This document shows positions 61,334 to 64,000 of a stretch of DNA of 64,000 bases, one piece after another. The stretch's first letter is position 1. Each line of letters opens with the position of its first letter. Location: the NCBI GenBank assembly GCA_044222475.1, contig JBGANF010000004.1:78794-142793 (forward strand), written 5' to 3'. The DNA comes from Polyangiaceae bacterium (GTDB taxonomy: Bacteria; Myxococcota_A; Polyangia; Polyangiales; Polyangiaceae). A program made the translations under genes and the position numbers. A model generated the notes under the pieces. It did not search any database and was not told where the DNA came from. It worked only from the letters and a program-made list of their open reading frames with translations.

Positions 61334-62799
61334 TTGAACACGGCTTCGCCCACCGAGCCCGCGGGGAACAACGCCTTCGCGTCGGCCGCCGAGATGCTCG
61401 CCGACGGCGCGCCCATCGCCCAGGGCGCGGTCTCGTACGGCTGAAACTGCACGTCGAGGGTCGCCGTGCCCTTCGCATCCACCGCGAGGCAGAGCGACGT
61501 GTCCGCCGCCACCTTCGCGGTCGCGTCGAAGAACCCGGCGTCGGTGAGATCTTTCACGCTGAACTGCTTCTGAAACTCCGCGGTCACGAGGGCCGAGAGC
61601 TTGTTCCGCGCGTCGTCGCCGAGGAGCGCCGCGAGCGAGACGAGCTTGCCGGCCGAAATGTCGGCGACGAAGCACTGCGACCCGTACATCCCATGCGCGC
61701 CGCCGGTGAACTCGTAGCTCGAGAACGACAGCCCCACGTACCCCGGCTTCTGGCCGGTCACCTCGTAGCTCGACTCGTACTCGTACGGCAGCTCGTCCGT
61801 CGCGCCGTCGCAGTCGTCCTTCGTCAGCGGCTTCCACGCGTTCTGCGCCTTCACGAGCCCGTTGAGCATCGGCGCCGTCGCGAAGCCGGAGAACGCCGGG
61901 ACCATCTGCGACGCGCGGCAGCTCTTGCCCAGCTCGGAGTACTCCTCTTGCGGCGCGAGCGTACCGCCCGGGGGCAGCAAGGCGACGACCTGAGGATATG
62001 TACCATCTTGGGACATCACGAGCGGGAACGAACGCGTCCGATCCGGCGAGTACCAGCGACCGAAGACGACGTTTCGCGTGAGAAACGCGCCGGCGAACCG
62101 GCCGGTCACCACGCCCTTGCTCGTCTTCTCGGTGAGCTGGAACGCGCCCGTGCTCGCGACGACGGTGCCGTCGAGCTTCAGGTCTTCCTTCGAGTGCGTG
62201 TACCGGTAGATCCCAGTGAGGAGGTGCTTGTCGCGCTTCCACTTCACGCGGACGCGGAGCTTGTTGCCGAGGGACCCGAGGTACGACGCCTCGAACGCGT
62301 CGTCGCCAGCGCCGCCCAGCGCGGCGTTCGCGACCGCGTGCAGCTTGAGCGCGGCCTTCGCCTTCGGATCGACGATCGTCAGGTCGAGCGCACCCCCGTC
62401 GGCATAGCCGCCCTCCACGTGAGCGGACTTGCGTCCCTTCCCTGTCCGCTCGTCGAGCGCGAAGTGGCTCGGGTCCTTCATCTTGCCTTCGTACGTGGCC
62501 GTCTCGCCGCCGTCGTCGGCGACGACGAGGATCACGTCGTCGCCCATGCGCTCGACGCCGGCGACGAAGTGCCGGTTGTTCGCGTCCGCTTTGTAGCTGG
62601 CGAACGTGCTCTCCAGGACCGGAGCGGGCGGGCTCGGCGCGGCAGACGCGGACGCGCTCGCCGAGGTGACGGCGGACGCGCTCGGTGCGGTCACCCACGA
62701 GGCCGACGGCGCGGCCTTCGAGGGCCCGGCGTCGGTCTTCTTGTCGCAGGCGAGAGCGAGGAGCGGAACGAGGGCGGTGAGGACGAGGAAGCGACGCAT
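61330..62799 (-). CDS. Lipoprotein with C-terminal RsiV/DUF3298-like domain
   Basis: Lipobox ALAC; YEFTGGAHG; FQPYETAPWAMG. Confidence 0.75.
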   Translation of the reverse strand: MRRFLVLTALVPLLALACDKKTDAGPSKAAPSASWVTAPSASAVTSASASASAAPSPPAPVLESTFASYKADANNRHFVAGVERMGDDVILVVADDGGETATYEGKMKDPSHFALDERTGKGRKSAHVEGGYADGGALDLTIVDPKAKAALKLHAVANAALGGAGDDAFEASYLGSLGNKLRVRVKWKRDKHLLTGIYRYTHSKEDLKLDGTVVASTGAFQLTEKTSKGVVTGRFAGAFLTRNVVFGRWYSPDRTRSFPLVMSQDGTYPQVVALLPPGGTLAPQEEYSELGKSCRASQMVPAFSGFATAPMLNGLVKAQNAWKPLTKDDCDGATDELPYEYESSYEVTGQKPGYVGLSFSSYEFTGGAHGMYGSQCFVADISAGKLVSLAALLGDDARNKLSALVTAEFQKQFSVKDLTDAGFFDATAKVAADTSLCLAVDAKGTATLDVQFQPYETAPWAMGAPSASISAADAKALFPAGSVGEAVFK

Positions 62800-62838
62800 G
62801 CTGGCGTAGGGAACGCTCCTACCACGCCTGCGATTCCG

Positions 62839-63567
62839 TCACTTCTCGTTCGGCGGCGTGAACGGGAGCGGGTTCGCGACCGGCACTGCGACCTTGCCCA
62901 TGGTGTGCTTCGGCTCGGGGTGAACCGACGCGGGCGGCGGAGGCGCCGGCTCTGCGACGTCGCCCATGACCATCTGGCCTTGGAACTCCTCGGGTGGGTT
63001 CGCGATCACCGTCGCCGAGCCCATCGTGCGGGTGCAGCGCGGGCCGACCTCGCCTTGGGTGCGGAAGAGCTGCGAGGCGGCGAGCCCACCCCCGGCGAGC
63101 AGGCTCGCGCCGAGCACGCCGAACGCGAACGAGCGACGGCGCTTGAGCGCGATGCCCTCCGGGCAATCGGCGGTGATGACCGTCCCGTCGGCCCGTCGGT
63201 AGAAGCGCGCGCAGAGCGAGCCCTCCTTCGCCGCGATGAGCGCCTCCGCGGCCTCCTTCGTCATCGACGACAGGTCGTACACGTTCTTCTCGCACTTCAG
63301 GCAGAAGCGCGACGTGTCGTCGCCCACCATGTCGTCCCACTTTTCGTGACACGGGCTCGCGACGCCGAGGTTGTCGAGCGTGGGGAGCTTCCGCGGTCCG
63401 TCCAGCTCGCGGAGCTTGCGCCGGAGCGCGTCCCGCTCCTTGCGGAGCTCGCTCTCCCCCTCGCGAAGCGCCGAAAGCTCCCGGGATTTCTCGTCAATCG
63501 ACGACAGGTTCTTGTCGAGATCCTCGATGCGCGCCCGGAGGGCTTCCTTCTCGTCGCGGTAGGGCAT
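62839..63567 (-). CDS. Hypothetical protein: coiled coil, Cys-cluster domain and one TM
   Basis: SPCHEKWDDM..RFCLKCEKNVYDLS..LCARFYRRADG..DC. Confidence 0.7.
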   Translation of the reverse strand: MPYRDEKEALRARIEDLDKNLSSIDEKSRELSALREGESELRKERDALRRKLRELDGPRKLPTLDNLGVASPCHEKWDDMVGDDTSRFCLKCEKNVYDLSSMTKEAAEALIAAKEGSLCARFYRRADGTVITADCPEGIALKRRRSFAFGVLGASLLAGGGLAASQLFRTQGEVGPRCTRTMGSATVIANPPEEFQGQMVMGDVAEPAPPPPASVHPEPKHTMGKVAVPVANPLPFTPPNEK

Positions 63568-64000
63568 TCCCCTTCGACGCGCGAGAACCGGAGAAGTTTC
63601 CCAGGTTCCACACGAGCAGAATCGCGACCCACATCCGAAGCGGACGCCACGCCTCGGCGAGCCGACCCGCCTCGGCCGCCGTCGCCGGTCGACCGAGACC
63701 GAAGGCCGAGCCGACCGCTCCGAGAAACCGTGGCTCCACCGTCGGGACCGCATCGGCCACCCCGCACCCGCGGTAGAGGACGTGGCGCGCGGTCCACGCC
63801 CCGACACCGCGGAGCCTCTCGAGCTGGTCGAGAGCTCGTTCCTCGGGGAGCGCGCGGAGCGCCTGCGGATCGAGCTTCCCCTCGAGCGCAGCGCGAGCGA
63901 CGCCGTGCATCCTAAGGAGCTTCTCCTCGCTCACGCCGGGGAAGCTCTTCACCGCGAGGAGCTTCTTCGGCGGCGGCGCGGGGTAGAAGGTCCTTCCGAA
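63494..64000 (-). CDS. alkA: HhH-GPD DNA-3-methyladenine glycosylase (AlkA family), 5' part outside the window
   Basis: LRGVGAWTA HhH motif, AEAWRPLR.W; frame open to the window end. Confidence 0.75.
   Translation of the reverse strand, partial: FGRTFYPAPPPKKLLAVKSFPGVSEEKLLRMHGVARAALEGKLDPQALRALPEERALDQLERLRGVGAWTARHVLYRGCGVADAVPTVEPRFLGAVGSAFGLGRPATAAEAGRLAEAWRPLRMWVAILLVWNLGNFSGSRASKGNALPRREGSPPGAHRGSRQEPVVD

Overview
High-GC, gene-dense bacterial DNA whose gene content (EpsZ/Y/X/V-type polysaccharide export, kinase-AAA and kinase-PilZ proteins, sigma54 activator, Cys-rich lipoproteins) points to a myxobacterium, probably Polyangiales; this placement is an inference. About 59 CDSs, and no rRNA, tRNA, CRISPR array or mobile element was seen. 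Main blocks: (1) an MFE-2-like hydratase with three SCP2 domains plus an SCPx-type thiolase; (2) a myxobacterial exopolysaccharide (EPS) cluster whose priming transferase carries an N-terminal MshEN-like repeat; (3) a 14 kb block (REC-GGDEF, FtsH, Pcm-erythromycin esterase fusion, two USPs, DUF2267, protoglobin kinase, NtrC-type activator) with six sigma54 GG-N10-GC promoters, each 13-16 nt from a start codon and near a GCGCA-N5-TGCGC-like palindrome, suggesting an oxygen-sensing regulon; (4) further EPS genes and three membrane desaturases; (5) a Wzx-linked carrier-protein pathway (AcpS, carrier protein, acyl-CoA dehydrogenase, amino acid:carrier protein ligase, DUF1839, atypical GH2, fused double alpha/beta hydrolase), the best candidate for an undescribed system, possibly tRNA-independent aminoacyl decoration of a polysaccharide; (6) clpB, kinases and housekeeping genes. 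All calls come from motif reading without database searches, and several starts were re-picked by eye.
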